DNA of 60,863 nucleotides, taken from the NCBI GenBank assembly GCA_022790575.1, contig JAAVXM010000049.1:1-60863 (forward strand), written 5' to 3'. The notes below the pieces were generated by a model. It was given only the letters and a program-made list of their open reading frames with translations. It ran no database searches and was not told the DNA's origin. This stretch comes from Clostridia bacterium (GTDB taxonomy: Bacteria > Bacillota > Clostridia > TANB77 > CAG-508). The position numbers were made by a program, and so were the translations under genes. This document shows, in pieces, positions 46,116-57,050 of this stretch (within the stretch, counting starts at the first letter, position 1; each line of letters starts with the position of its first letter).

Positions 46116-46643
46116 TTAGAAAAATACCTTACAAACTAGAATCGCAACTAATATTCCTGTTAAATCTGCCATTAGTGCTGCTAATAATATCAATCTTGTA
46201 TTTTTTATTTTTGTACTCCCTGTATAAACTGCTATTGTATACAATGTAGTCTCTGTTGATCCCATTATTACTGATGCAACTATCCCTATAAATGTGTCAA
46301 CTCCATTGTTTTTTATAATATCTGTAGCAACTGCCATTGAAGCACTGCCTGAAATTGGACGTAGCATTGCTAATGGCATTATTTCATTTGGTATATTCAA
46401 CATATTTGTTATTGGTGAAATAGTATGTACTATAAAATCTATAACTCCTGAACTCCTCAACATTCCTATTGCCATAAAAAGCCCTATTAAAGTTGGAAAA
46501 ATTTTAATTACAATTTGTATTCCATCCTTTGCCCCTTTTAAAAACATATCAAAAATCGGTGCTCTTTCTTTTACTCCATTTGCTACTATTAGTAAAATGA
46601 TAATTGGCATTGAAATTATTGAAATATAATTAATTATTCTCAT
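46116..46643 (-). CDS. spmB: spore maturation protein B
   Basis: Polytopic membrane protein paired with spmA (nucleoside-recognition/Gate family). Confidence 0.8.
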   Translation of the reverse strand: MRIINYISIISMPIIILLIVANGVKERAPIFDMFLKGAKDGIQIVIKIFPTLIGLFMAIGMLRSSGVIDFIVHTISPITNMLNIPNEIMPLAMLRPISGSASMAVATDIIKNNGVDTFIGIVASVIMGSTETTLYTIAVYTGSTKIKNTRLILLAALMADLTGILVAILVCKVFF

Positions 46644-46645
46644 AT

Positions 46646-47221
46646 CTATCTCCTAGTAATTTTTATTAATATTTTTGTACATATTACGCCTACAATTGCA
46701 GCACAAATAGTTGCTATCCATACTGGAACTATTATGCTACTTGGACTCTCTGAGTTTAGTGATGCCCTTATTGATATTACTGTTGTTGGAATAATTTGTA
46801 ATGATGCTGTATTTAATATTATTAGCATCATCATATTATCACTAAGAGTATCTTTTTCTATATTGTCTTTTTGCAATTCATCCATTGCTTTTAAACCTAA
46901 GGGTGTAGCAGCATTTCCTAGGCCTAACATGTTTGCAATAATATTCATTGTTATGTTTTTATCTGCTTTCTCATTTAGATTGGGAAATAACTTATTTATT
47001 ATTGGATGTAGTGCTTTAGATAAGTATTCTATTATTTTGGTTTGAGATGCTATTTCCATTATTCCAGTCCATAGACATGTTATTCCTATTAATGTTAATG
47101 AAAATTCAACTACTGTTGATGTTGCCTCAAATATTGAGTTATTAAGTTGCTCTATATTTCCATTAAGTATTGCATAAACTATAGAAATTATAATAAATAC
47201 TGACCATAAAATATTTAGCAT
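46646..47221 (-). CDS. spmA: spore maturation protein A
   Basis: MLNILWSVFII start at the ATG at 47221. Membrane protein, spmA-spmB pair. Confidence 0.8.
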   Translation of the reverse strand: MLNILWSVFIIISIVYAILNGNIEQLNNSIFEATSTVVEFSLTLIGITCLWTGIMEIASQTKIIEYLSKALHPIINKLFPNLNEKADKNITMNIIANMLGLGNAATPLGLKAMDELQKDNIEKDTLSDNMMMLIILNTASLQIIPTTVISIRASLNSESPSSIIVPVWIATICAAIVGVICTKILIKITRR

Positions 47222-47377
47222 AGCCCTCACCTCTTTCAGTTTTATATCTATATTATTTATATTATTTTATATTCTTTATATAACATTTTTTTGAAATTTT
47301 AATAAATACAATTGACCATACTATTTATTTGTGATATGATTATGTAGAATTGATTATAAATTTAAGGAGGATTAAAC

Positions 47378-47638
47378 ATGAAGTCTACTGGAATTATTAG
47401 AAAAGTTGATGAACTTGGTAGAGTCGTTATTCCTATAGAAATAAGAAATAAATTTGATATTGCGGAAAAAGACCCTATAGAAATTTATGTAGATGGTTCA
47501 TCTATCGTATTAAAAAAATATGAACCAAATTGTATCTTTTGTGGAAATACAAAAAATTTGATGACTTATAAGGATAAATTAATATGTTCTAAATGTGCTC
47601 AAAAAATAGCAAGTATAGAAGAAAATGATGAAGAATAA
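47378..47638 (+). CDS. abrB: AbrB family transition-state regulator
   Basis: MKSTGIIRKVDELGRVVIPIEIR SpoVT/AbrB swapped-hairpin N-terminus. Confidence 0.85.
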   Translation: MKSTGIIRKVDELGRVVIPIEIRNKFDIAEKDPIEIYVDGSSIVLKKYEPNCIFCGNTKNLMTYKDKLICSKCAQKIASIEENDEE

Positions 47639-47660
47639 AATTCACTTATAGTATTTAAAT

Positions 47661-47697
47661 AAAAAAATATCATACTAAAATAGTATGATATTTTTTT
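47661..47697. terminator. bidirectional terminator hairpin
   Basis: A7-ATATCATACTA-AAA-TAGTATGATAT-T7. Confidence 0.65.
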
Positions 47698-47732
47698 ATT
47701 TAAAGTAACCATATGAATAATATAAGTTCTAT

Positions 47733-48554
47733 TTATATAAACATTTGATATATTTCATTTTTATTTACATTTCTATCTTTGGCAATCTTTTTTATTATCT
47801 CCTTTTTTTCTAATCCTTGTTTTTGATAGAACTCATAATGGTCATTTATACTTAAATTATTCAACATATTATTGGTATTTTCTGTATTTTTATTTCCTTC
47901 AATAACTAGAATCATCTCTCCTTTTAAACTGTCAACTTTTTCCAGAATAGTATGTATATCTTCTCTAATAAACTCTTCATGTATTTTTGTCAACTCTCTT
48001 ACCAAAACTACTTTTCTACTATCTAGAATCTTGCTTAACTCTTCAAGTGTATTTTTCATTTTGTGTGGTGCTTCATATAAAATAATTGTTTTATCTATTT
48101 TTTCTATTTGTTCTAGTTTTTCTCTTCTTAGTTTTTTATTTAATGGTAAAAATCCTAAAAAGTAAAATTCGCTTGTGTCAATTCCAGAACAGATTAGTGC
48201 ATTTATCATTGCACATGCTCCTGGTATTGGTATTATTTTTATATTTTCCTCTATTGCCTTTTTAATTATTTCTTCTCCTGGGTCACATATTCCTGGCGTT
48301 CCTGCATCAGAAACTAATGCTATATTTTCTCCTTCTTTTAATTTGTCTATTAGTATATTACTTTTAAATTCTTCGTTATGTCTATGATAACTTATTAATG
48401 GTTTTGAAATTTCTAGATGATTTAAAAGTTTTAATGTTTGCCTAGTATCTTCTGCTGCAATTAAATCTACTTCTTTTAATATCCTTATTGCTCTTAATGT
48501 AATATCTTCTAAATTTCCTATTGGTGTTGCTACTATGTATAAGGTTCCATTCAT
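47733..48554 (-). CDS. rsmI: 16S rRNA (cytidine1402-2'-O)-methyltransferase
   Basis: LYIVATPIGNLEDITLRAIRILKEVDLIAAEDTR signature. Confidence 0.9.
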   Translation of the reverse strand: MNGTLYIVATPIGNLEDITLRAIRILKEVDLIAAEDTRQTLKLLNHLEISKPLISYHRHNEEFKSNILIDKLKEGENIALVSDAGTPGICDPGEEIIKKAIEENIKIIPIPGACAMINALICSGIDTSEFYFLGFLPLNKKLRREKLEQIEKIDKTIILYEAPHKMKNTLEELSKILDSRKVVLVRELTKIHEEFIREDIHTILEKVDSLKGEMILVIEGNKNTENTNNMLNNLSINDHYEFYQKQGLEKKEIIKKIAKDRNVNKNEIYQMFI

Positions 48555-48723
48555 TATTTATTTTACCTCCTTGCGTATATTAATTAACTCTCATTTGTTT
48601 AATATTTTATCATATTTATACTATAATTAATATACTTTTGATATTTTTTTACATATTATATATTATTGGATAATGAAATACATAACTTTTGTCATCTCAT
48701 TATTCTAAAAGGAGTGTGATTAT

Positions 48724-48960
48724 ATGAATAATTTTTATAATTATAGGTTTAATAATACTTCTCCTTACAATCTAGTACGACATTCCCCACCACAGCCTCC
48801 TTCATCTTCCCCAAAATGTTCTCCTCCTAAAAAGAAGAAGTTTGATTTTAAGTCTCTAAAAAAAGATACTTGTACATCTTTATGTGATGTTGAACATTTT
48901 CTTTGCAATTTTAGTAGCTTTGTAAAATATGTTAAATTATATGATTTATTAAAAAAGTAA
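48724..48960 (+). CDS. hypothetical Pro-rich small protein
   Basis: AAAGGAG RBS. 78 aa. No motif recognised. Confidence 0.45.
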   Translation: MNNFYNYRFNNTSPYNLVRHSPPQPPSSSPKCSPPKKKKFDFKSLKKDTCTSLCDVEHFLCNFSSFVKYVKLYDLLKK

Positions 48961-48982
48961 ATAAAATCCAGGCATCTGGATT

Positions 48983-49528
48983 TTATTTACTTTTTGTATA
49001 TATGTCTGGACATTTTTCGTTTTCTTCACCATTAATTAGAATTTTAACTGAGTCAACTTCTTTTAAATTTACTAATGTGTTAACAATACTATTAATTGTT
49101 TTTAATTTTTGGTCATCATTTTCATAATTCAAAAATTCATTAGAAACATTAACAACTGCACAAGAGCCTTCTAATTTAACATCATTTACATTTGTCCCAT
49201 CTGGAATTAGTTTATTTAGATTAGTGCTTTGTGGTCCTTTAATTAATAATGCAATTAATTCTTGATAAGGGTTTTTTAATAATGTATTTGCATCTACAAT
49301 TCTTATCTCTGTTTCTAGTTCCCCTGTTTCAGTATTCGCAAAATATAGTACTACTTTTGTTTGTCTTAATTGTTCCTCTGAAATTTCTTCTTGTGGTGTA
49401 TAGTCTTGATAACTACCCGAATTTTCCTCTTGCTTTTCAATACTCACATTTTGAAAAATGAAAAATGCTATTATAATAATTATTATTAAAGTTATTATAG
49501 CAATTATCTTTTTTCTGTTTTTCTTCAT
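48983..49528 (-). CDS. GerMN domain (GerM-like) sporulation/germination protein
   Basis: Signal-anchor and then VVLYFANTETGELETEIR...NPYQELIALLIKGP..., typical of GerMN. Confidence 0.7.
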   Translation of the reverse strand: MKKNRKKIIAIITLIIIIIIAFFIFQNVSIEKQEENSGSYQDYTPQEEISEEQLRQTKVVLYFANTETGELETEIRIVDANTLLKNPYQELIALLIKGPQSTNLNKLIPDGTNVNDVKLEGSCAVVNVSNEFLNYENDDQKLKTINSIVNTLVNLKEVDSVKILINGEENEKCPDIYTKSK

Positions 49529-49645
49529 ATCTCATCTCATTCCTTTCTCAAGGCACATATTAGTTTAAAACATTTTTAGCCTTGTCTATAATGAATATTA
49601 TTATTGTGTTATCTATTTTAGAACTAAATGAGATATTTTTAAAAA

Positions 49646-51307
49646 TCATTGTACTTTTTTAAATAAATTTTGAATGTTTCTTTTTATATATTGTTTTAAT
49701 ATAATTATAAATATCATAAATATTATATTTATGATTATAATTGCATTTATATATCTAAATCCTTCAAATACTTTTGCTAAATAACCCAAAATTAAAAATG
49801 TAAAAATCGTTATTACATATTGATATAATTTACTTCCACTTTCTTTTACTACTGATTCTTCGTTTACCCAATTAAGATTTGGCCTTTTTAAATCAATAAG
49901 AACAAGTATATAACTATTTATTATATTTACAAGCATACTGGTAAAAAATACCACTATAAAATATCCAATTGGAACTTCCAGAAAATTCAAATATATGACT
50001 AATATTTCCATTAAAATTATTACTGTATTTATTACTATTTGTGGTAGTGCTTTTATCTTAAACTGCTTATATAATGGTATGGGAATGTATTTCATAAAAA
50101 ATGCGTTTTTACCTTCTCTAGAGATTGCAGTTATTGAAAGATTAGATAGTGTATATATTATTTGTATAGTTCCTATTATAATCATTGTTGATTGTATTTT
50201 GAATTCCTCTATACCAATATTGTTTATTATATCTTCATTTTTTATTTCCTCTCTAACTACTGGTAAGAACATATTTGTTACTATTGCAAATACTATTGCT
50301 ACGAAAATATATTGTAAAACATTTTGAATAACAAATGTTGAATTCCTATTTATTTTTTTTAGGTCATTTTTTAGATATGATTTAATTTTATTTTCTTTTT
50401 TATATCTATATGTTTGTTCTCCTGCTTTACTTGGCATATTTTTTGTGTCATTTATTCTTAATATTTCTTTTAGGTATATTTTTGCTCCAATTATACATGT
50501 GGTAATTATTGATAATGCACTAATTGCTAATATCTTTATTATATTTAATATTACCTGCATAAATTGATTGTTTGTTAATATCTGAATAATTGGCTCTATA
50601 ATTATAAATTTTTTGTTTATTTCATTGATTTTGATATCTGATATTTGATTTTGTGTGACATTCTGTATCTCTTCTCTTGGTATTACTTCATTTAATGTTT
50701 TTCCTATAATATATGTCATTATGGATATTAATATAATTGTCACAACTATTTGCAATACTTCTTTGTTTTTTATTACTTTTAAAAGTCTCATTGTTAGTAA
50801 TATCAATATTGATATTATTGATGTAAATAAAATAGGAAATACTGCAAGTGTTATAATTGCCCCTATAAAATACATTATAGTTTTTTGTATTAGTATACCA
50901 TACATTATTAGTGGGATTAATAATAATAGTGCTTCCATTAAATACATTATTGCTATTATTGTATTTATTTTTCCCATTAGTATCTCAATAGGTTTTACTG
51001 GCAAATATATTACATCTTTTATATCTTTGGAGTAATATAATATACTACATACTAATATAATTAATTGATATATCATTATAGTTGCAACTATTGGTAAATA
51101 TATCTTTAAGAAAAGTATTGGCTGTCCTATTTTATCTAAATAATTTATTACTGTTAAAGATATATATGCCAATGCCGCTGCTACTATAATTATTAACCAT
51201 AAATATATAGATTTCTTATTTACTTTATTTGTTTTTTTGTTAAATAAATTTAATTTACTATAATAATCTTTTAAGAATATTTTTGTTAGTACTCTTATTT
51301 TTTGCAT
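49646..51307 (-). CDS. polytopic membrane protein, putative ABC exporter permease
   Basis: 553 aa with >10 hydrophobic segments, immediately downstream of the ABC ATPase. Confidence 0.7.
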   Translation of the reverse strand: MQKIRVLTKIFLKDYYSKLNLFNKKTNKVNKKSIYLWLIIIVAAALAYISLTVINYLDKIGQPILFLKIYLPIVATIMIYQLIILVCSILYYSKDIKDVIYLPVKPIEILMGKINTIIAIMYLMEALLLLIPLIMYGILIQKTIMYFIGAIITLAVFPILFTSIISILILLTMRLLKVIKNKEVLQIVVTIILISIMTYIIGKTLNEVIPREEIQNVTQNQISDIKINEINKKFIIIEPIIQILTNNQFMQVILNIIKILAISALSIITTCIIGAKIYLKEILRINDTKNMPSKAGEQTYRYKKENKIKSYLKNDLKKINRNSTFVIQNVLQYIFVAIVFAIVTNMFLPVVREEIKNEDIINNIGIEEFKIQSTMIIIGTIQIIYTLSNLSITAISREGKNAFFMKYIPIPLYKQFKIKALPQIVINTVIILMEILVIYLNFLEVPIGYFIVVFFTSMLVNIINSYILVLIDLKRPNLNWVNEESVVKESGSKLYQYVITIFTFLILGYLAKVFEGFRYINAIIIINIIFMIFIIILKQYIKRNIQNLFKKVQ

Positions 51308-51354
51308 CTTTTTTCTCTCTTTCCTTTTAAGTTTAGTTTGGAAAATTTTTTATA

Positions 51355-52089
51355 CTAATCTTGATTTTCATTTTCTGTCATTTCTATAAATATTTCTTCT
51401 AAAGATTTATTTTCTTTTAATTCATTTTTTATTTGCTCTATTGTACCTACAAAAATTATTTCTCCCTTATTTATTATTCCTATTCTGTCACATATTTTTT
51501 CTGCAACATCTAAAATATGTGTCGAAAAAAATACTGTTTTATTATTATCTGCTTGTTTTCTCATTATTTTTTTTAACTCAAATGTTGCTTTTGGGTCTAA
51601 GCCTGTCATTGGCTCATCTATTATCCAATTTTGAGGTTCGTGTAATAATGAACCTATTATTATTAGTTTTTGTCTCATTCCATGAGAATAACTTTCTATT
51701 TTATTATTTAGTACATTATTAATTTCAAATATTTTACTTAATTCTTCTATTTTATCTTTTCTTTGCACTTCTCCAACTTCATATATATCTGCCATAAAGT
51801 TTAGATATTCTATTCCTTTTAATTTTAAAAATATATCACTTTTATCTGGTACATAACCAAATTTCTTTTTTGCTTCAATTGGATTTTTTTCTATATTGTT
51901 ATTATCTATTAATATTTCTCCATCATCTATATCTAATATTCCTGTTAGCATTTTTATTGTAGTTGTCTTCCCAGCACCATTTGGTCCTAAAAATCCAAAT
52001 ATCTCTCCATCATTTATTTGTAAATTTATTCCATTTACCGCTTTATTTTTCTTGTTATATGATTTTGATATATTTTTTATTTGTATCAT
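51355..52089 (-). CDS. ABC transporter ATP-binding protein
   Basis: Walker A GPNGAGKTTT, the ABC signature region (YSHGMRQK), and Walker B IIDEPMTGLD. Confidence 0.9.
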   Translation of the reverse strand: MIQIKNISKSYNKKNKAVNGINLQINDGEIFGFLGPNGAGKTTTIKMLTGILDIDDGEILIDNNNIEKNPIEAKKKFGYVPDKSDIFLKLKGIEYLNFMADIYEVGEVQRKDKIEELSKIFEINNVLNNKIESYSHGMRQKLIIIGSLLHEPQNWIIDEPMTGLDPKATFELKKIMRKQADNNKTVFFSTHILDVAEKICDRIGIINKGEIIFVGTIEQIKNELKENKSLEEIFIEMTENENQD

Positions 52090-52104
52090 CTTTTCTCTCC
52101 TTAC

Positions 52105-52788
52105 TTATGTTGGAATAATGCATTTATATCCTATTCCTCTAACTGTGTATATTTCAAATTCGTTTATATCACTTAGTTTTTCTCTTATTCTTTTTATGTG
52201 TACATCAACTGTTCTATAATCTGATTCACTTTCTAATCCCCAAATTTCTTCTATTAATTCTTGTCTTGTAAATATCTTATTGGGATTACTTAATAATTTG
52301 TATAATAAGTAAAATTCTTTTTGTGCTAAATTATATATTTTTTCTTCTTTTGTTATACTTAGGTTTTTATAATTTAATACTAATTTTCCTATATTTAATA
52401 TTTTTTCATTTGTTGCTTTTGCTCTTTTTAATAATACCTGTACTCTTAGTATCATTTCCTCCATATTTACTGGCTTTACCATATAGTCGTCTGCACCTAA
52501 TAAAAAACCTGTCTTTTTATCTTCTATATCCGATTTTGCTGTTATTAGCATTATTGGAATATCAAACTGTGCTGTTCTTAGTTCTTTTACTAATTCATAT
52601 CCATCTGTTCCTGACATCATTATATCACTTATTATTAAATCTATATAATTTCTGTCTAATACATCTAATGCCTCATCTCCATTTTTTGCTTCATATGCTG
52701 TGTAATTATTTTTCTTTAAATATGTTGTCATTAATTTCCTTAGATTTTTGTCATCTTCTACTACTAAAATATTAAACAATTTATCCAC
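52105..52788 (-). CDS. OmpR-family response regulator
   Basis: Receiver domain (ILVVEDD...DLIISDIMM) and a winged-helix C-terminus (VDVHIKRIREKL...TVRGIGYK). The true start may be the TTG at 52779. Confidence 0.9.
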   Translation of the reverse strand: MDKLFNILVVEDDKNLRKLMTTYLKKNNYTAYEAKNGDEALDVLDRNYIDLIISDIMMSGTDGYELVKELRTAQFDIPIMLITAKSDIEDKKTGFLLGADDYMVKPVNMEEMILRVQVLLKRAKATNEKILNIGKLVLNYKNLSITKEEKIYNLAQKEFYLLYKLLSNPNKIFTRQELIEEIWGLESESDYRTVDVHIKRIREKLSDINEFEIYTVRGIGYKCIIPT

Positions 52789-52906
52789 CCTTTCTTGTAT
52801 TTCAGGTCATACTAAAATATCATGAATTACATGTGAATTGCTTATATTATACACAAATAGAACGAACAATTCAAGAATATTTTGTTCTTTTAATATAATC
52901 ATTTTT

Positions 52907-54826
52907 CTAGTTATTTTCTTCTTTTTCTTCAACAATCATTATAAATTCAACATTACCTTTTACTTTTTCATCTTTCATTGTAAAATTGTTATATTGGTTA
53001 GATAATTGTTCAAGCTTTTCTAATCTATTTGTAACATCTTTTATATTATTATTTACAAAGTTACATATTGGCTCTATACCATTTTTATTAAATTCAATTA
53101 TACCATCTTTAAGTGTTTTTGTTCCTTGTTTTAATGTATTTGCACCTTCAACTAATTTGTTATCAGCATTTAATAATTGAACTGTTGCACTATCAATTGT
53201 TTTTAATCCTGTTTTCATTTGATTTGAACCTGTTTTCAATGTTTTTGTTCCTTCTGAAAGTTTTTTTGTTCCATTATATATGCTTTCTGTACCTGTAACG
53301 AATTCTCCCATTTTATTACATATTGTACTTGTTCCTTGTTTTAATTGTGATATTCCTAAACTTAGTTCATGTGTACCATTTTGTAATTCTGTTATTCCTG
53401 TTTTTATAGCTGTTACTCCTTTTTTCAATTCTATCATTTTTGTCATATCTGTATTTTCTAATGTTTTTATTGTTTGTAAAATTGCTTCATTATTTTTATA
53501 TAATATTGCTTCAGCTTCAGCATTTAATCTTATTTGTTCTTTTAATGTTTCTTTAATTGTTTCATCTGTATTTGCATCATTAATTATTAACATTAATTTA
53601 TCTTTGGTTGTATTTATTGATTGAATTTTTTGTTTATTTACTGTAACTAATTGATTCAGTTCTTTTATTTTTTCTGTGTTATTTGTAATTTGAATTCCAT
53701 CAATTCCTGCAATTATTTGGTCGACACCTGCTGATATATCGTGCTCTCCTTGTTGTAAAGCTTTGCTTCCAATTTCTATTTTTCCTAAATTATTATCAAC
53801 TGTTTCTATTCCTATTGTAATTGCTTTTGCACCTTCTTTTAAGTTTTTTGCCCCTATATTTAATGTTCCTATATTTTCATTTATTGTATTAATTCCATTG
53901 TCTATTTGATTATAATTATTTGATGCACTTGTAACTCCATCTTTTACTTGATTCATTGCATTATTAAATTCTTGTGACTTTTCAGTATATAAATCAACTC
54001 CATCTGAAAGAGTTACTGCCCCATTTTCTATTTCTTGACTTGCATTTTTTAGTGTGTCAACTTGTGAATATATTTCATCTAATTCTTCAAATATTTTTAT
54101 ATCTTCATTTTCAAAAACTTTTGGTGTTATATATGAAATCATTGTTCCTAATTTAAATTCTGTTGTATCTAATGTTATTTCCATACTATCTGGAATGTCT
54201 ATTACATCTCTATCTATATTAAGACTTTCTTGTAATCCTGGAGTAACTAATCCAATAACAGTTGTTTTACTTCCATCATTTATTACTTTTCCATTTTTTA
54301 CTTCAACATTTTTATTTTTATCATTATTAAATATTGTCCCAACTCCAACTAAAAATGGTGTGTATAATTTTGTTTCTTTTCCTTCAATCTCTATATAATG
54401 TTCATCTTTATTTGTATATTGAATTATTATTTTTACCTTCCCACTTTTTCCATTTATTTCCTTTGCGCTTATTTCTTTTCCGTCTAATTCATACTTTATA
54501 TTACAATTTACAGGTAACTCTTTATTACTTTCTCCCTGATAATGTATGTCTTCTCCATTTGCCTTCCATATTATCTTATTTCCCTCTTTTGTAAATGTCT
54601 CTTTACCACTTACATTTTTTATATTAGCTAAATCGCTTAAATCTTCTATTATTTCTTCTGTTCCTGATATATGGTCTGTTACTATTGTCTTATATCCCTC
54701 ACCATTTGTATTTATTTTACTATATACAGTTTCGTTTTTAGTATATGCTAATATCGGTGTTGTATATATAAACATTGTAAATAATAATATTCCTGCTGTT
54801 GTTTTTTTGATTATTTTTTTATTCAT
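52907..54826 (-). CDS. YhgE/Pip-like secreted repeat protein
   Basis: Signal peptide and a long region of degenerate helical repeats (..GA.TL..G...L..G..). Next to an MMPL transporter. Confidence 0.65.
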   Translation of the reverse strand: MNKKIIKKTTAGILLFTMFIYTTPILAYTKNETVYSKINTNGEGYKTIVTDHISGTEEIIEDLSDLANIKNVSGKETFTKEGNKIIWKANGEDIHYQGESNKELPVNCNIKYELDGKEISAKEINGKSGKVKIIIQYTNKDEHYIEIEGKETKLYTPFLVGVGTIFNNDKNKNVEVKNGKVINDGSKTTVIGLVTPGLQESLNIDRDVIDIPDSMEITLDTTEFKLGTMISYITPKVFENEDIKIFEELDEIYSQVDTLKNASQEIENGAVTLSDGVDLYTEKSQEFNNAMNQVKDGVTSASNNYNQIDNGINTINENIGTLNIGAKNLKEGAKAITIGIETVDNNLGKIEIGSKALQQGEHDISAGVDQIIAGIDGIQITNNTEKIKELNQLVTVNKQKIQSINTTKDKLMLIINDANTDETIKETLKEQIRLNAEAEAILYKNNEAILQTIKTLENTDMTKMIELKKGVTAIKTGITELQNGTHELSLGISQLKQGTSTICNKMGEFVTGTESIYNGTKKLSEGTKTLKTGSNQMKTGLKTIDSATVQLLNADNKLVEGANTLKQGTKTLKDGIIEFNKNGIEPICNFVNNNIKDVTNRLEKLEQLSNQYNNFTMKDEKVKGNVEFIMIVEEKEENN

Positions 54827-54832
54827 TTTATT

Positions 54833-56896
54833 TTAATTCTCCTTTCTCAAGTCTATAGTTGTTTTACATATTACTTTATCAAAAATCATTAAAAGCGCTG
54901 GTAATATGGCAATTACTGATACCATACTTATTATTGCTCCTCTTGACATTAATGTACATAAAGAACCTATCATTTCTATTTCTGAATATGCCCCTACACC
55001 AAATGTTGCTCCAAAGAAGCATAATCCACTTACTAATATTGAACTTATTGAACTTTCTAATGCTTCATCAGTTGCCTGTTTTTTGTCTTTTCCTGATTTT
55101 CTATTAGCTATATATGCTGTTGTTATTAATATTGCATAATCAATTGTTGCTCCAAGCTGGATTGTTCCAATTACAATTGAAGCTATAAATGGTAGTATTG
55201 TATCTGTGTAATATGGAATTCCTAAATTTATAAATATGGCAAATTCTATTACTAACATTAATACTATTGGTAATGAGATTGATTTTAATACTATAATCAT
55301 AATTATAAATATTATTGCAATTGAAACTGTATTTACACTATTAAAATCATGGTCACTTATTTCTACTAAATCTTTCATAAGTGGTCCCTCTCCTGCTAAT
55401 ATTGCATTTTTATCATATTGCTTTATTATGTTATTTATTTTTTCTACTTGTTCATTTAATTCATCTGTTGCTATTTCATATTTTGAATTTATCATTATCA
55501 TTTGATATTTATCACTCATGAATATGGAAGATATTTCCTTTGGCAATACTTCTACTGGCATTGTTTCTGACATTTTTGAGTATGACATTACCCATTCTAT
55601 TCCATCTAAATCTTCTATCTGTTTTAGCATTTCCTTTATTTTATATTCATCAACATTTTTATCTACTAATAAAACTTCAAGTGATACCATGTCAAATTCT
55701 TCTTGCAATTTTGTATTTGCTCCTATACTATCTAATGTGTCTGGCAATGATTTGTCTAAATTATAATATACATCTGTTTTTTTGTATCCATAAAATGCTA
55801 TTGGCAATATTATTATAAATATTAATATTATTATTTTATACTTTCTTATAATAAAGTTTTTCGTCCTCGAAAATTTAGGTAATATTTCTTTGTGCCTTGT
55901 CTTTTCAATTAGTGTGTCAAATGATAGTATCATTGCAGGTAATATTGTTATTACTGTTATTACTCCTAAAAATACTCCTTTTGCCATTACTATTCCAATG
56001 TCTTTTCCAAGTGTTAAATTCATACTACATAATGCTAAAAACCCTGCAATTGTTGTTAATGAACTTCCTGCTACTGACGTGAATGTTTTACATATTGCCT
56101 CTGACATTGCTTTATTGTTATTGGAATTTTTTTCCTTTTCTGTTTTATAACTATGATATAAAAATATAGCAAAATCTGTAGTGACTCCCAATTGTAATAC
56201 TGCACTTATTGCTTTTGTAATATATGATATTTGCCCTAAAAATATATTTGTTCCCATATTATATAATATTGCTATTCCTATATTTACTAATAGTAAAATT
56301 GGTACAATATATGAGTCTAATGCTATTTCTAGTATTAACAAACATAATGTAACTGCTATTAATACATATATTACTATCTCTGAATTTGAAAGGTCTCTAG
56401 TGTCTAATACTACTGACGACATTCCTCCCACTTTACATCTATCATCAGCTATCTCTCTTATTGTTTGTACTGTTTCCATTGTTGTATCTGATGAAATTCC
56501 ATCTGCAAATGTTGCTAATATTACTGTCGTTCCTTCTCTATATATTTTTTCTGTTATATCTTTTGGCAACATTTCTATTGGTACACCATTTCCTACTAGT
56601 TCTGTTATTCCTAAAACTTTTTCTACATTATTTAATTCTCTTATCTTATTTTCTAGTTCTACTATCTCTTTTTGTTCCATATTTTCTAGTATTATTGTTG
56701 AAAATGCTCCCATGTTAAAGTCTTCTGCTAATATGTTCTCACCTTTAATTGTTTCTATGTCTTCTGGCAAATATACTAAAATGTCATAATTTATTCTGGT
56801 TTGTTTCATCCCTATTAATGATGGAATTAATAATAATAGTCCTATTGCTAATATAATTTTATGATACTTACATATAAAGTTAGATATCTTTTTCAT
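54833..56896 (-). CDS. MMPL/RND-superfamily membrane transporter
   Basis: Two bundles of ~6 TM helices separated by soluble loops. 687 aa. Confidence 0.8.
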   Translation of the reverse strand: MKKISNFICKYHKIILAIGLLLLIPSLIGMKQTRINYDILVYLPEDIETIKGENILAEDFNMGAFSTIILENMEQKEIVELENKIRELNNVEKVLGITELVGNGVPIEMLPKDITEKIYREGTTVILATFADGISSDTTMETVQTIREIADDRCKVGGMSSVVLDTRDLSNSEIVIYVLIAVTLCLLILEIALDSYIVPILLLVNIGIAILYNMGTNIFLGQISYITKAISAVLQLGVTTDFAIFLYHSYKTEKEKNSNNNKAMSEAICKTFTSVAGSSLTTIAGFLALCSMNLTLGKDIGIVMAKGVFLGVITVITILPAMILSFDTLIEKTRHKEILPKFSRTKNFIIRKYKIIILIFIIILPIAFYGYKKTDVYYNLDKSLPDTLDSIGANTKLQEEFDMVSLEVLLVDKNVDEYKIKEMLKQIEDLDGIEWVMSYSKMSETMPVEVLPKEISSIFMSDKYQMIMINSKYEIATDELNEQVEKINNIIKQYDKNAILAGEGPLMKDLVEISDHDFNSVNTVSIAIIFIIMIIVLKSISLPIVLMLVIEFAIFINLGIPYYTDTILPFIASIVIGTIQLGATIDYAILITTAYIANRKSGKDKKQATDEALESSISSILVSGLCFFGATFGVGAYSEIEMIGSLCTLMSRGAIISMVSVIAILPALLMIFDKVICKTTIDLRKEN

Positions 56897-56984
56897 TTGC
56901 CTCCTCCCTTCTAATTTGTTATTATACTATTTTTTCATGAACTTTATATGAACTAATTTCCAATATATTCAATATTTTGTAATC

Positions 56985-57028
56985 AAAAAAACTCTTATAT
57001 GATATATTTATATCATATAAGAGTTTTA
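56985..57028. terminator. bidirectional terminator hairpin
   Basis: A6-ACTCTTATATGATATA-TTTA-TATCATATAAGAGT-T4. Confidence 0.6.
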
Positions 57029-57050
57029 TTATTTTTCGTTTTATTTACTT

